Below, piece after piece: positions 44,761 through 57,141 of a DNA stretch of 64,000 nt. The first letter of the stretch is position 1. Each line of letters opens with the position of its first letter. A program made the position numbers and the translations under genes. This stretch comes from Candidatus Eiseniibacteriota bacterium (GTDB taxonomy: Bacteria; Eisenbacteria; RBG-16-71-46; CAIMUX01; VGJL01). The stretch is taken from assembly GCA_041946735.1 (NCBI GenBank), contig JBHGAY010000006.1, positions 29,626-93,625 on the forward strand. Direction: 5' to 3'. Under the pieces are notes generated by a model, which worked only from the letters and a program-made list of their open reading frames with translations, had not been told where the DNA came from and made no database searches.

Positions 44761-45920
44761 ATGGACTTCTCGGTCGTTCAGAGTGAGCTGCTGCGAACCC
44801 TGCAACTCGTCGTCTCCGTGGTTCCGGCGAAAAGCGTGCTGCAGAACGTGCACTCCTCCGTCCTCGTACGGTCCACGGAGGACGGGCGGGTCCGGCTCGA
44901 AGGAACCGATGCGGATCAGTACATGACGGCGGAGCTTCGAGCGACGGTCGAGGCGCCGGGGACCGTGGCCGTCCAAGGGCGCCGCTTTCTCGAAATCGTG
45001 AAGGAGCTGCCGCCCGGCACCGTCCGGCTCCGCCTGAAGGGCTCGTCGCTCGAGGTCTCCTCCGGACAAGGGAAGTTCCGGCTCGTGACCCGTAGCGCCG
45101 AGGACTTCCCTGCGTTCCCCGAGGTGGAGGACTCTAATTCCGTGGAGGTCCCCGCTCGGGAGGTGGAGCGGCTTGCGCGCAGTACGGCCTATGCCGTCTC
45201 CACAGACGATTCCCGTACCGAGCTGAGCGGCGTCCTCGTCGAGGTCGTTGGGCAGGAAATCCGGTTCGTCGGAACCGACGGCCATCGCCTTTCGCGTGCG
45301 ATGTATCCGGTCGCCTCGTCGAAGGACTGGAAGTTCCTCGTTCCGCCTCGGACCCTCAACACGCTTCAGAGGTTGATATCGGAGGGCGAATCGAACGTCC
45401 GCATCTCCGCGGACGCCACCCACGTTCGAATCGAAGTCGGCGCCAACCAGCTCTCCGCCCGCTTGCTTCGCGGCGAATACCCGAACTACGAGCGCGTGAT
45501 CCCGACCGGCAACGACAAGATCGCCGTCGTCAAGACCGAGACGCTCTTGGCCGCGGTTCGAAGGGTGGGGATCTTCAGCGACAGCTTCACGCGTCGCGTG
45601 ACCCTGTCCCTCGAGCCCGGCAGTCTCCGGGTCAGTGTCCAGACGCAGGACGTCGGCGAGGCGGAGGAACTCCTCGAAGCTCGCTACGACGGAGAGCCGA
45701 TGCGGATCAGCTACAACGCCGGCTACTTGACCGAGATGCTGCGCACGATCGAGAGCGAGGAGCTCCAGATGGCTTTCAAGGGCCCGATGCAAGCGGGCCT
45801 GTTCCGGCCGGAAGGAGAGGGCTCCGCGAGCCTGCTCTGCCTCGTCATGCCGCTGCGCCTGCCCGACGAGGAACCGCTCGCCGCTCCCCAGCCGGAGCGC
45901 GAAGGCAGCCGGGCGGCGTC

Positions 45921-45924
<4 letters not shown>
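44761..45924 (+). CDS. dnaN: DNA polymerase III beta sliding clamp
   Basis: Three-domain clamp with typical N-terminus MDFSVVQSELLRTLQLV...LQNVH and C-terminal ...LVMPLRL. GGAGG before the ATG. Confidence 0.95.
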
Positions 45925-48190
<2,266 letters not shown>

Positions 48191-48250
48191 CCGGTAGCCG
48201 GGCGTTAGGGGTGCCGCGGCCGATCCGCGGCGGGAAGAACCAGCAGAGGT

Positions 48251-50965
48251 ATGGAAGAGAAGCGCGAGAAGCTCGTCCCGGTCTCGATCGAGGACGAGAT
48301 GCGGTCATCGTACATCGACTATTCCATGAGCGTCATCGTGTCGCGGGCCCTTCCGGACGCGCGCGACGGCCTGAAGCCGGTGCACCGGCGCATCCTGGTC
48401 GCGATGAACGACCTTTCGCTCTATCACGACCGCCCGTATCGCAAGAGCGCGAAGATCACGGGCGACGTCACCGGCAACTATCATCCGCACGGCACCATCG
48501 CGGTGTACGACACGATGGTGCGACTCGTGCAGAACTTCTCCCTCCGGTACCCACTGGTCGACGGCCAAGGGAACTTCGGATCGATCGACGGCGACGCGGC
48601 GGCGGCGGAGCGCTACACCGAGGCCCGCTTGTCCCGGATCGCCGAGGAGATGCTTCGCGATCTCGAGAAGCAGACGGTCGACTTCCGTCCCAACTACGAC
48701 GAGACCCGGCAGGAGCCGATCGTGCTCCCGTCGGCCTTCCCGAACCTGATCGTCAACGGGACGAGCGGGATCGCCGTCGGAATGGCGACCAACATCCCGC
48801 CGCACAACCTTCGTGAGACGGTCGACGCTCTGATTCACCTGATCGACGATCCGGACTGCGGCATCGAGGATCTCTGCCGCTTCATCCAAGGGCCCGACTT
48901 CCCGACGGGCGGGATCATCTACGGCCGGCAGGGGATCGTAGACACCTACACGCAGGGCCACGGCCTGATCATCGTGAGGGCGAGGGCGACGATCGAGTCG
49001 CTACGCGGCGGCAAGGAAGCGATCGTCGTCACCGAGGTCCCGTACATGGTGAACAAGGCGGCGCTCGTCGAGCGGATCGCCGCGCTGGTGAAGGAAGGCT
49101 CGATCGCCGGGATCTCCGACATCCGGGACGAGTCGGACAGGGAGGGACTGCGGGTCGTCATCGAGCTGAAGCGGGACGGCCAGCCGCGCGTGGTCCTCAA
49201 CCAGCTCTACAAGCACACGCAGATGCAGTGCACGTTCGGCGCAAACATGCTCGCCCTGGTCGGCAACCGGCCGCGCGTGCTCAATCTGAAGGAGCTGCTG
49301 CAGGTCTTCGTCGACCACCGAGTCGACGTCGTGGAGAAGCGGACCCGTTTCGATCTCGCGCAGGCGGAGAAACGGGCGCACATCCTCGAGGGTCTGCGGA
49401 TCGCGCTGGATCATCTCGACGAGATCATCACGCTGATCCGGGGATCGGCTGATGTGGACGCTGCGCGCAAGGGCCTGCAGGATGGCTTCGGCCTTTCGGA
49501 GGAGCAGGCGAACGCGATCCTCGAGATGCGTCTGCAGCGGCTGACCGGTCTCGAGCGCAAGAAGATCGACGACGAGTACTTCGAGACGATCGAGAAGATC
49601 CGCCGCTTCAAGGAAATCCTCGCCGACCGCCGGCTCGTTCTCGGGCTCATCAAAGACGAGCTCGCCGAGATGCGCGAGTCGTTCGGCGACGCCCGGCGCA
49701 CGGAGATCGCCGCCGGCGAGGAGCTGTCCGCGTTCGAGGTCGAGGATCTGATCCCGGACGAGGACATGGTGATCACGATCAGCCACTCCGGTTACATCAA
49801 GCGCGTCCCGATGGTGAGCTACCGTGCGCAGCATCGAGGAGGCAAGGGACTGACGGGAGCGTCGGTCAAGGACAACGACTTCGTGGAGCACCTCTTCGTC
49901 GCTTCCACGCACAGCTACATCCTCCTCTTCACGAATCGGGGGAGGTGTCACTGGCTGAAGGTCCACGAGATTCCCCAGGCGAATCGAACGGCGAGGGGCC
50001 GCTCGATCCTGAACCTCGTGAACATCGGCCAGGAGGAGAGGATCACCGCCTACGTGCCGGTGCGCGGCTTCGTCGAAGGAGCCTATCTGCTCCTGGCGAC
50101 GAGGCTCGGCCGCATCAAGAAGACGCCGCTCCGCGCCTACTCGAACCCGCGGCGCGCCGGGATCCAGGGAATCCTGCTTTCGGAAGGGGACACCCTGATC
50201 GCCGCCGAGCTGACCGACGGCGAGCGGGAGATCATCCTGGCGACGAAGCGCGGCAAGGCGATCCGCTTCCAGGAGTCGCGGGTCCGGTCGATGGGGCGAG
50301 TCTCGAGCGGCGTACGCGGGATCCGTCGCCGGGGCGCCGAGGACGAGGTCGTCGGCATGGTCGTCGTCCGCGATCCTTCGATGACCCTCCTCACCGTGAC
50401 CGAGAACGGTTACGGAAAGCGGAGCCGCATCGAGGACTACCGGGTGACCGATCGGGGAGGCCAGGGCGTCCTGAACGTCCGGATCTCCAAGCGAAACGGA
50501 CAAGTGGTGGCGATCAAGGCGGTCCGCGACAGCGACGAGCTGATGGTGATCAGCCAGGGCGGGCAGGTGATCCGCCTCCGCCTCGCGCAGGTGTCGGTCC
50601 TCGGGCGCGCCACGCAGGGGGTCCGGCTGATCGACCTCGATCCGAGCGATCGGGTGATGGACGTCGCGACGATCGCCACGGAGGACGAGGAGGAGGGAGC
50701 CACTCCGCCGGCCGCAAGAGGACCGAATGGAGGCTCGACGCCGCCGGCGGACGCGGGCGGGTCGCGTCCCGGGACGGAGATGGGGACGGATGCGGATGCC
50801 TCGGCCGACGCCGACGCGGACGCCGACGCGGACGTGGATGCTGACGCCGACTTGGAGGCCGATGACGAGGCGGATGCGGACGGCGATGCCGACGCCGATA
50901 CCGAGGACTCCCCCGCGGCGAGCGAGGCCGACGCGGACGATGGGGGCGACGCCGAGCCGGCCTAG
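48251..50965 (+). CDS. gyrA: DNA gyrase subunit A with a long acidic Asp/Ala-repeat C-terminal tail
   Basis: SYIDYSMSVIVSRALPDARDGLKPVHRR, HPHGTIAVYDTMVRL and the active-site region AAAERYTEARL. Beta-pinwheel CTD, then a tail of about 95 aa. Confidence 0.97.
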   Translation: MEEKREKLVPVSIEDEMRSSYIDYSMSVIVSRALPDARDGLKPVHRRILVAMNDLSLYHDRPYRKSAKITGDVTGNYHPHGTIAVYDTMVRLVQNFSLRYPLVDGQGNFGSIDGDAAAAERYTEARLSRIAEEMLRDLEKQTVDFRPNYDETRQEPIVLPSAFPNLIVNGTSGIAVGMATNIPPHNLRETVDALIHLIDDPDCGIEDLCRFIQGPDFPTGGIIYGRQGIVDTYTQGHGLIIVRARATIESLRGGKEAIVVTEVPYMVNKAALVERIAALVKEGSIAGISDIRDESDREGLRVVIELKRDGQPRVVLNQLYKHTQMQCTFGANMLALVGNRPRVLNLKELLQVFVDHRVDVVEKRTRFDLAQAEKRAHILEGLRIALDHLDEIITLIRGSADVDAARKGLQDGFGLSEEQANAILEMRLQRLTGLERKKIDDEYFETIEKIRRFKEILADRRLVLGLIKDELAEMRESFGDARRTEIAAGEELSAFEVEDLIPDEDMVITISHSGYIKRVPMVSYRAQHRGGKGLTGASVKDNDFVEHLFVASTHSYILLFTNRGRCHWLKVHEIPQANRTARGRSILNLVNIGQEERITAYVPVRGFVEGAYLLLATRLGRIKKTPLRAYSNPRRAGIQGILLSEGDTLIAAELTDGEREIILATKRGKAIRFQESRVRSMGRVSSGVRGIRRRGAEDEVVGMVVVRDPSMTLLTVTENGYGKRSRIEDYRVTDRGGQGVLNVRISKRNGQVVAIKAVRDSDELMVISQGGQVIRLRLAQVSVLGRATQGVRLIDLDPSDRVMDVATIATEDEEEGATPPAARGPNGGSTPPADAGGSRPGTEMGTDADASADADADADADVDADADLEADDEADADGDADADTEDSPAASEADADDGGDAEPA

Positions 50966-51032
50966 GGCCGCTCGAGCGACCAGGATCGTGAACGTGCGGG
51001 CATTCTCACGAGCGCGAGGAAGGGGAGCCAGA

Positions 51033-51680
51033 ATGCAGGATGCGGGTCCTGCCGGGACGAAGATCAGCGAGTACACCGTCCGGCGCCTGAGCGTCTACTA
51101 CCGGATTCTCGAGGACGTCGAGAGGAGCGGGACCGAGGTCGTCTCCTCCGCGGCCCTCGCCGATCTCGCCGGGACGAATCCGGCCCAGATCCGGAAAGAT
51201 CTGTCGTACTTCGGCAACTTCGGCAAGCGTGGCCGCGGCTATCGTGTCACCGCCTTGAAGGACGAGATCAAGTCGATCCTCGGTCTACACCGCTCGTGGA
51301 AGGTGGTGCTCGCCGGGGCGGGGAATCTCGGGCATGCGCTCTGCAGCTACAAGGACTTCGGAAGGCACGGCTTCCAGATCGTCGCCGTGTTCGACATCGA
51401 TCCGGAGAAGATCGGACAAAGCTGGGACGGCATCCCGATACACCACATCGACGACTGCAAAGAGGTGATCGCGGGGACCGGCGCCGAGCTGGCGATCGTC
51501 GCCACTCCCGGATTGGCCGCCCAGTCCGCCTTCGACAGCCTCCGCGCCGCCGGAATCCGCGGCTTCCTGAACTTCGCCCCTCGCAAGGTCGAGGCGGATC
51601 CAGCCACGCAGCTGCGCTACGTCGACATCACGATCGAGCTCGAAGGGCTCACCTACGCCCTCCACTCCGCTCGCGAGTGA
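51033..51680 (+). CDS. rex: Redox-sensing transcriptional repressor Rex (canonical)
   Basis: RLSVYYRIL, AQIRKDLSYFGNFGKRGRGY, VLAGAGNLGHAL and FLNFAP. Start at ATG 51033. Confidence 0.9.
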   Translation: MQDAGPAGTKISEYTVRRLSVYYRILEDVERSGTEVVSSAALADLAGTNPAQIRKDLSYFGNFGKRGRGYRVTALKDEIKSILGLHRSWKVVLAGAGNLGHALCSYKDFGRHGFQIVAVFDIDPEKIGQSWDGIPIHHIDDCKEVIAGTGAELAIVATPGLAAQSAFDSLRAAGIRGFLNFAPRKVEADPATQLRYVDITIELEGLTYALHSARE

Positions 51681-51703
51681 TCGAATCCCGGATCGGAGGA
51701 CGG

Positions 51704-54700
51704 ATGTTCCAACCGGTGGACCCCAAGCAGGACTTCATTGCGCTCGAGCACAGGATCCTCGACTTCTGGCGGGAGCGGCGGATCTTCGAGAAGCGGATGG
51801 AGAAGAACGCCGGGAAGAAGCCCTGGTCGTTCCTGGACGGTCCCATCACCGCGAACAACCCGATGGGGGTGCATCACGCCTGGGGGCGCACCTACAAGGA
51901 CGTCTTCCAGCGGTACATGGCGATGCGCGGCTTCGACCAGCGCTATCAGAACGGATTCGATTGCCAGGGCCTCTGGCTCGAGGTCGAGACGGAGAAGGAC
52001 CTCGGGTTCAATTCGAAGAGGGACATCGAGGCGTACGGTCTCGACAATTTCTCGCGCCAGTGCCGGGCCCGCGTGGACCGGTTCAGCGACGTCCAGGCCC
52101 AGCAGTCGATCCGCCTCGGCCAATGGATGCGGTGGGACGACTCGTACTACACGATGTCGGACACGAACATCGAGTACATCTGGCACTTCCTGAAGATCTG
52201 CCGCGAGAAGGGATGGCTGTACGAAGGGCACCGCGCGATGCCGTGGTGCACCCGGTGCGGGACGAGCCTCTCGCAGCACGAGCTGGCCGAAGGGTACGAG
52301 GAGGTGAGCGACACCTCCGTCTACCTCCGCTTCCCGCTCCTCGACCGTCCGGACGCCTCGCTCCTCGTCTGGACCACGACGCCCTGGACGCTGACCTCCA
52401 ACGTGGCCGCCGCCGTCAATCCGGACCTCGAGTACGTCGACGTTCTGCTGGACGGCCACCACTACTACCTCAGCCGTGGCGCGATGAAGAGCGCCTTGAA
52501 GGGCAAGGGGGAGGTGGCCGGCACGCTCCGTGGCTCCGAGATGCTCGGCTGGCGCTACAAGGGACCGTTCGACGAGCTGCCGGTCGCCGAGGGGCTCGAG
52601 CACCGCGTGATCCCGTGGGACGAGGTCGGCGAGGAGGAGGGGACCGGCATCGTCCATATCGCGCCGGGATGCGGCGCGGAGGACAACGAGCTCGGCAAGC
52701 TCCACGGACTCCGGGTGATCGCTCCGCTCGACGGCAACGGCATCTACATCGGCGGTTTCGGCTGGCTGACCGGGATGGACGTCCATGACGTCGAGAAGCC
52801 GATCCTGCAGAACCTGAAGGAGAAGGGGGTCTTCTTCCGGCAGGAGGCGTACCGGCACCGCTATCCGCACTGCTGGCGCTGCAAGGAGAAGCTCGTCTTC
52901 CGGGTCGAGGACGAATGGTTCATCGCCTGCGATGAGATCCGCCCGTTGATGAAGGCCCAGAGCGAGACGGTTCGCTACGTTCCCGAGTCGGTCGGCAAGC
53001 GCGTGCTCGACTGGTACAACAACATGGGGGACTGGTGCATCTCCCGCAAGCGGTACTGGGGGCTCCCGCTGCCGTTCTACTGGTGTCCGGATCGACACCT
53101 GACCTTGATCGGCAGCCGGAGCGAGCTGCGGGAGCGCGCGATCGATCCGTCGGTGGTCGACCGCCTTCCGGAGCTGCACCGTCCCTGGATCGACGAGGTG
53201 AAGATCCGCTGCGCGGAGTGCGGGCAAACGGCGGAGCGGGTCCCGGACGTCGGCGACTGCTGGCTCGACGCGGGAATCGTCCCCTTCTCGACCCTCCGTT
53301 ATCTCGAGGATCGCGGCTACTGGGAGAAGTGGTTCCCCGCCGAGCTGGTCTGCGAGATGCGCGAGCAGATCCGGCTCTGGTTCTACTCGATGATGTTCCT
53401 GTCGGTGACCCTGACCGGCCGCACACCGTACAAGGCGGTCTTCGCCTACGAGAAGGTCTACGACGAGCAGGGCAAGCCGATGCACAAGAGCCACGGCAAC
53501 GCGATCTGGTTCGACGAGGCGGTCGAGAAGATGGGCGCGGACGTCATGCGCTGGCTCTACTGCGCCTACAACCCCTCGTTCAACCTCCGCTTCGGCTATC
53601 ACGTCGCGGACGAGGTGCGGCGCAAGCTCCTCGTTCTGTGGAACGTCTACGGCTTCTTCGTCACCTACGCCTCGCTCGACCGGTTCGATCCCGCCACGGC
53701 ACGGATCGAGGAGACGCTGGGGCAGAGCCGCAACCCGCTCGACCGGTGGATCCTGTCCGCCTTGCACGGGCAGATCGCCGACTTCCACGCCCGGATGGAC
53801 GCCTACGACGTCGACGGAGCGGTGCGAGGGGCGGAGGAGTTCATCGACGCGCTCTCGACCTGGTACGTCCGGCGCAGCCGCCGCCGCTTCTGGAGGAGCG
53901 GGGACGACGAGGACAAGCTCTTCGCCTACCGCACGCTACACCACGTGCTGACGACGCTCGCCCGGCAGCTCGCCCCGGTGATCCCCTTCCTGACCGAGGA
54001 GATCTGGGGCAACCTGATGGGCCCGAAGATGAAGGCGAACGGGAGCGAAGGGCTCGAGTCGGTGCACCTGACCGACTTTCCCGAGGCGCGCGCCGACCTG
54101 ATCGACGAGGCGCTCAACCGGCGGATGGAGGCGCTCCTCGAGGCGGTGCGCCTCGGCCGGGCGGCCCGCGAGAAGGTGCAGATCAAGATTCGCCAGCCGC
54201 TGTCCCGGATGTGGCTCGTCGCGCTCTCGGGCCAGCTCCCCGCCTTCGGCGAGGACCTGATGCGGGAGATGGCGGAGGAGCTGAACGTCAAGGAGGTCCG
54301 GACGGACCGCCACGCCTCCGAGGTCGGGGAAGCGACCATCAAGCTGAACTTCCCCGTGCTCGGCAAGCGGCTCGGCGGGTCGATGAAGGCGGTGCAGAAC
54401 GACGTGCGCGACGGACGGTGGGAGCTGGCGCCGGACGGAAGGCTTCTCGTCGGAGAGCACCCCCTCGAGCCGGAGGAATTCGAGCTGGCCTACCAGCCGC
54501 GCGCGGGACTCGCGCTGGCGACCGACGGCCGTATGCTGGTCGCGATCGACACCGAGCTGACCGAGGACCTGCTCATGGAAGGCTACGCGCGAGAGCTGAT
54601 CCGCGCCGTCCAGGATCTCCGCAAGCGGGCCGGCTACCAGGTCGAGGACCGGATCGAGCTCCGATGGGAGGCGGTCGATCCGGCCGTGACCCGGACGATG

Positions 54701-54832
54701 GAGAAGTTCACTTCGGGAATTGCCGGGGAGACGCTCGCGGCCGCCGTCCACGAAGGGCATGGGCTCGTCGACATGGAAGCGACCGTCGAGCTGGGGCCGG
54801 ATCTCAGTTGCTGGATCGGCGTCCGAAGATAG
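51704..54832 (+). CDS. ileS: Isoleucine--tRNA ligase (type-2-like variant)
   Basis: Class I motifs GPITANNPMGVHHAWGR (HIGH-type) and KMHKSHGN (KMSKS), with an editing-domain insertion and Cys clusters CTRCG, CWRCK and CAECG. The Ile assignment rests on overall architecture and is less certain than the class I assignment. Confidence 0.8.
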   Translation: MFQPVDPKQDFIALEHRILDFWRERRIFEKRMEKNAGKKPWSFLDGPITANNPMGVHHAWGRTYKDVFQRYMAMRGFDQRYQNGFDCQGLWLEVETEKDLGFNSKRDIEAYGLDNFSRQCRARVDRFSDVQAQQSIRLGQWMRWDDSYYTMSDTNIEYIWHFLKICREKGWLYEGHRAMPWCTRCGTSLSQHELAEGYEEVSDTSVYLRFPLLDRPDASLLVWTTTPWTLTSNVAAAVNPDLEYVDVLLDGHHYYLSRGAMKSALKGKGEVAGTLRGSEMLGWRYKGPFDELPVAEGLEHRVIPWDEVGEEEGTGIVHIAPGCGAEDNELGKLHGLRVIAPLDGNGIYIGGFGWLTGMDVHDVEKPILQNLKEKGVFFRQEAYRHRYPHCWRCKEKLVFRVEDEWFIACDEIRPLMKAQSETVRYVPESVGKRVLDWYNNMGDWCISRKRYWGLPLPFYWCPDRHLTLIGSRSELRERAIDPSVVDRLPELHRPWIDEVKIRCAECGQTAERVPDVGDCWLDAGIVPFSTLRYLEDRGYWEKWFPAELVCEMREQIRLWFYSMMFLSVTLTGRTPYKAVFAYEKVYDEQGKPMHKSHGNAIWFDEAVEKMGADVMRWLYCAYNPSFNLRFGYHVADEVRRKLLVLWNVYGFFVTYASLDRFDPATARIEETLGQSRNPLDRWILSALHGQIADFHARMDAYDVDGAVRGAEEFIDALSTWYVRRSRRRFWRSGDDEDKLFAYRTLHHVLTTLARQLAPVIPFLTEEIWGNLMGPKMKANGSEGLESVHLTDFPEARADLIDEALNRRMEALLEAVRLGRAAREKVQIKIRQPLSRMWLVALSGQLPAFGEDLMREMAEELNVKEVRTDRHASEVGEATIKLNFPVLGKRLGGSMKAVQNDVRDGRWELAPDGRLLVGEHPLEPEEFELAYQPRAGLALATDGRMLVAIDTELTEDLLMEGYARELIRAVQDLRKRAGYQVEDRIELRWEAVDPAVTRTMEKFTSGIAGETLAAAVHEGHGLVDMEATVELGPDLSCWIGVRR

Positions 54833-55653
54833 GCGCAAAGGGTCCGGCGCGGGCCGCGCTCCTTCTTCTCCTCCTTCCCCTCCTATTCCTTGTGATCGAC
54901 GGGACGGTGGGACGGGCGGCCGGCGCGGAGCCGCGCTGGCCGGACCCGGTCGGACACGCGAACGACTTCGCGCAGGTCCTCTCGCGGGCGGAGCGCGACT
55001 CGCTCGACGCGAGCCTGGACGCCTTCGCCCGCCGGACCGGCATCGACCTCGTCCTCGTCACGCTCCCCTCGCTCGACGGCGGCGACGTGACGGACGTGGG
55101 CAATCGCATCTACGAGCAGTGGGGGGTCGGACGGAGAGGGGAAGACCGAGGGGTGCTCCTCGTCGACGCGATCGAGGAGCGCCAGCTTCGGATCGAGGTC
55201 GGCTACGGCCTCGAGTCGGTCCTCACCGACGGCGAGGCGGGCGAGGTCCTCGATCGAGTGACCCGGCCGCTTCTCCGTGAAGGGCGCCGGGCGGATGCGT
55301 ACCGGGCGACGTTCGCGCGCATCGCCTCCATCGTGACGGGCGACTCGGTCTCCCTGCCGAACGCCGTCGTTCCCGGTGCAGGCTCCGGACGCCGGAACCA
55401 AGGGCCGACCGCTTTCCTCTTTCCGCTCTTCATCCTCATCGTGATCCTCGTCTCCATCTTCGGCGGAGGGCGAGGCAGGGGAGGGCGCGGCCGCCGCGGC
55501 CGGTTCGGATCCGGCCCTTGGATCTTCCCAGGTGGGTTCGGAGGCTTCGGAGGGTTCGGCGGATTCGGCGGGGGATCGGGTGGCGGAGGTGGGGGATTCG
55601 GCGGCTTTGGTGGTGGATCGAGCGGCGGCGGGGGAGCGTCCCGCGGATACTAG
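54808..55653 (+). CDS. TPM-domain protein (YgcG-like) with a TM segment and a Gly-rich tail
   Basis: HANDFAQVLS...IDLVLVTLPSLDG...GVLLVDAIEERQLRIEVGYGLE is the TPM_phosphatase pattern. There is no ATG. Start proposed at TTG 54808, which gives a signal-like KIGAKGPARAALLLLLLPLLFLV and overlaps the ileS end. Confidence 0.7.
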   Translation: MLDRRPKIGAKGPARAALLLLLLPLLFLVIDGTVGRAAGAEPRWPDPVGHANDFAQVLSRAERDSLDASLDAFARRTGIDLVLVTLPSLDGGDVTDVGNRIYEQWGVGRRGEDRGVLLVDAIEERQLRIEVGYGLESVLTDGEAGEVLDRVTRPLLREGRRADAYRATFARIASIVTGDSVSLPNAVVPGAGSGRRNQGPTAFLFPLFILIVILVSIFGGGRGRGGRGRRGRFGSGPWIFPGGFGGFGGFGGFGGGSGGGGGGFGGFGGGSSGGGGASRGY

Positions 55654-55742
55654 CCCAAAGATCCGGCCGCGCGGCCGGGCATCCCCCTGGAGAACCGGGG
55701 GGACGGCTCGGCCGAGCGGACCGGCACGATGAGGGGAGACCG

Positions 55743-56459
55743 ATGGCCAAGGACCTTGGAGTGATCGTCGGACGTCTCCGGGAGGAGATCGAGAAGACCG
55801 AGGAGATCCGAGCGGCCGTGCTCTACGGGAGCGCGGTCGGAGGCGAGTACCTCCCGGGAAGAAGCGACCTGAACGTCCTCTTGATCGCCAATGAGATCAC
55901 CACTCCGCTCCTCGACGACTTGCAGAAGGAGATGAAGTCGTGGCGGAAGATGGGGATCACGGCGCCACTTCTCGTCGATCGCCCGTTCCTCGTCTCCTCG
56001 ACCGACTCCTATCCGCTCGAGATCCTCGGGATGCTGGCCGGCTATCAGGTGCTGAAAGGGGTCGATCCCTTCGACGGTCTCATGCCCCGCAAGGAACACG
56101 TGCGGCTTCAGGCGGAGCGCGAGATCAAGGGAAAGGCGCTGCTTCTTCGAAGGGCCTATCTCGAAAGCCAGGGGAATCACGGACGGCTCCTCGCCTACCT
56201 CGTGCAGGTCGTCCCCGCCTTCGAGGCGATCCTTCGAGGGATGCTCTTCCTGCGAGACGCGGACTGGAGAAAGAGCGGCCCCGCGCTCCACGAAGCCTGC
56301 CGGGACCTGGTCGCGATGGATCCCGACCTTCCGCGCGAGCTGCGCGAGGCGCGCCTCGGGCGCGAGCGCCCGGATCGTCACGCCACGATTCGCCTGTACG
56401 GGAGAACATTCGAGGTCCTACGCTGGCTCGATCGGGAAACCGAGCGAGCCGCCGAATGA
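55743..56459 (+). CDS. Nucleotidyltransferase-fold-like protein with a degenerate metal motif
   Basis: LYGSAVGGEYLPGRSDLNVLLI resembles the minimal NTase G-S-x(n)-D-x-D motif, but Asn replaces the second Asp. The C-terminal half is helical. Confidence 0.6.
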   Translation: MAKDLGVIVGRLREEIEKTEEIRAAVLYGSAVGGEYLPGRSDLNVLLIANEITTPLLDDLQKEMKSWRKMGITAPLLVDRPFLVSSTDSYPLEILGMLAGYQVLKGVDPFDGLMPRKEHVRLQAEREIKGKALLLRRAYLESQGNHGRLLAYLVQVVPAFEAILRGMLFLRDADWRKSGPALHEACRDLVAMDPDLPRELREARLGRERPDRHATIRLYGRTFEVLRWLDRETERAAE

Positions 56460-56477
56460 AGGAGAAGGGGAGGATCG

Positions 56478-57071
56478 ATGAAGCGCGGAACCATCACCCT
56501 CTTGGTCGTCCTCGGGATCGTCGCCATCGTCGTTCTCGGCATCGTTGGCTTCGTCCAGCGGACATACAACGGGCTGGTGCAGAGTGACGAGCAGGTGAAG
56601 GCATCGTGGGCGCAGGTGCAGACAGTCCTGCAACGGAGGGCGGACCTGATCCCGAACCTCGTCGAAACGGTCCGCGGCTACCAGATCCACGAGCAGGAAG
56701 TGCTGATCCGTGTGACGGAGGCGCGCGCCCGCGTGGCCGGAGCGGGGACGATCCCCGAGCAGATCCAGGCGAACCAGGAGCTCGGCTCCGCGCTGAGCCG
56801 GCTTCTCGTCGTGGTCGAGAACTACCCGAACCTGAAAGCGAACGAGAACTTCATCCGGCTGCAGGACGAGCTTGCCGGGACGGAGAACCGGATCGCGGTC
56901 GAGCGGAGGCGCTACAACGAGGACGTGCGCGACTACAACGTGAAGGTCCGCCGCTTTCCGGCGAACCTGGTCGCCTCGTCCTTCGGCTTCGAGAGGGCCA
57001 CGCCGTTCGAGGCCGCTCCCGGCGCAGAGACCGCTCCAAAGGTGGATTTCGGCACCAAGTCCGGCCAGTAG
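56478..57071 (+). CDS. lemA: LemA-family membrane protein
   Basis: N-terminal TM, then YNGLVQSDEQVKASWAQVQTVLQRRADLIPNLVETV...NRIAVERRRYNEDVRDYN. Confidence 0.9.
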   Translation: MKRGTITLLVVLGIVAIVVLGIVGFVQRTYNGLVQSDEQVKASWAQVQTVLQRRADLIPNLVETVRGYQIHEQEVLIRVTEARARVAGAGTIPEQIQANQELGSALSRLLVVVENYPNLKANENFIRLQDELAGTENRIAVERRRYNEDVRDYNVKVRRFPANLVASSFGFERATPFEAAPGAETAPKVDFGTKSGQ

Positions 57072-57141
57072 GTTTGCTTGGGTGGCGCGTCCGATCGGGT
57101 GGCGCGGCGATCCCGGGGCGGGCAGCGGCTCGATCGGCGGC

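Noticed and set aside
48213-48231. 7-bp GC hairpin between gyrB and gyrA as a terminator
   Set aside because: It has no U-tract, the genes are normally co-transcribed, and the stem is short for this GC content. It is likely incidental.
50787-50905. Possible CRISPR or other interspaced repeat array
   Set aside because: The periodic gacgcs units are a 6-nt coding repeat inside gyrA. There are no spacers, no cas genes and no repeat of CRISPR length anywhere in the window.
50975-51010. Inverted TCGTGA-N14-TCACGA upstream of the canonical rex as a Rex operator
   Set aside because: The arms are only 6 nt. The spacing does not match the known Rex operator layout (TTGTGAA-N4-TTCACAA type). This is too weak to call.
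55500-55653. GGFGGFGGFGG...GGGSSGGGGAS Gly-rich repeat as a novel element
   Set aside because: Gly-rich C-terminal tails after the TM segment are a usual feature of YgcG/TPM-family proteins.
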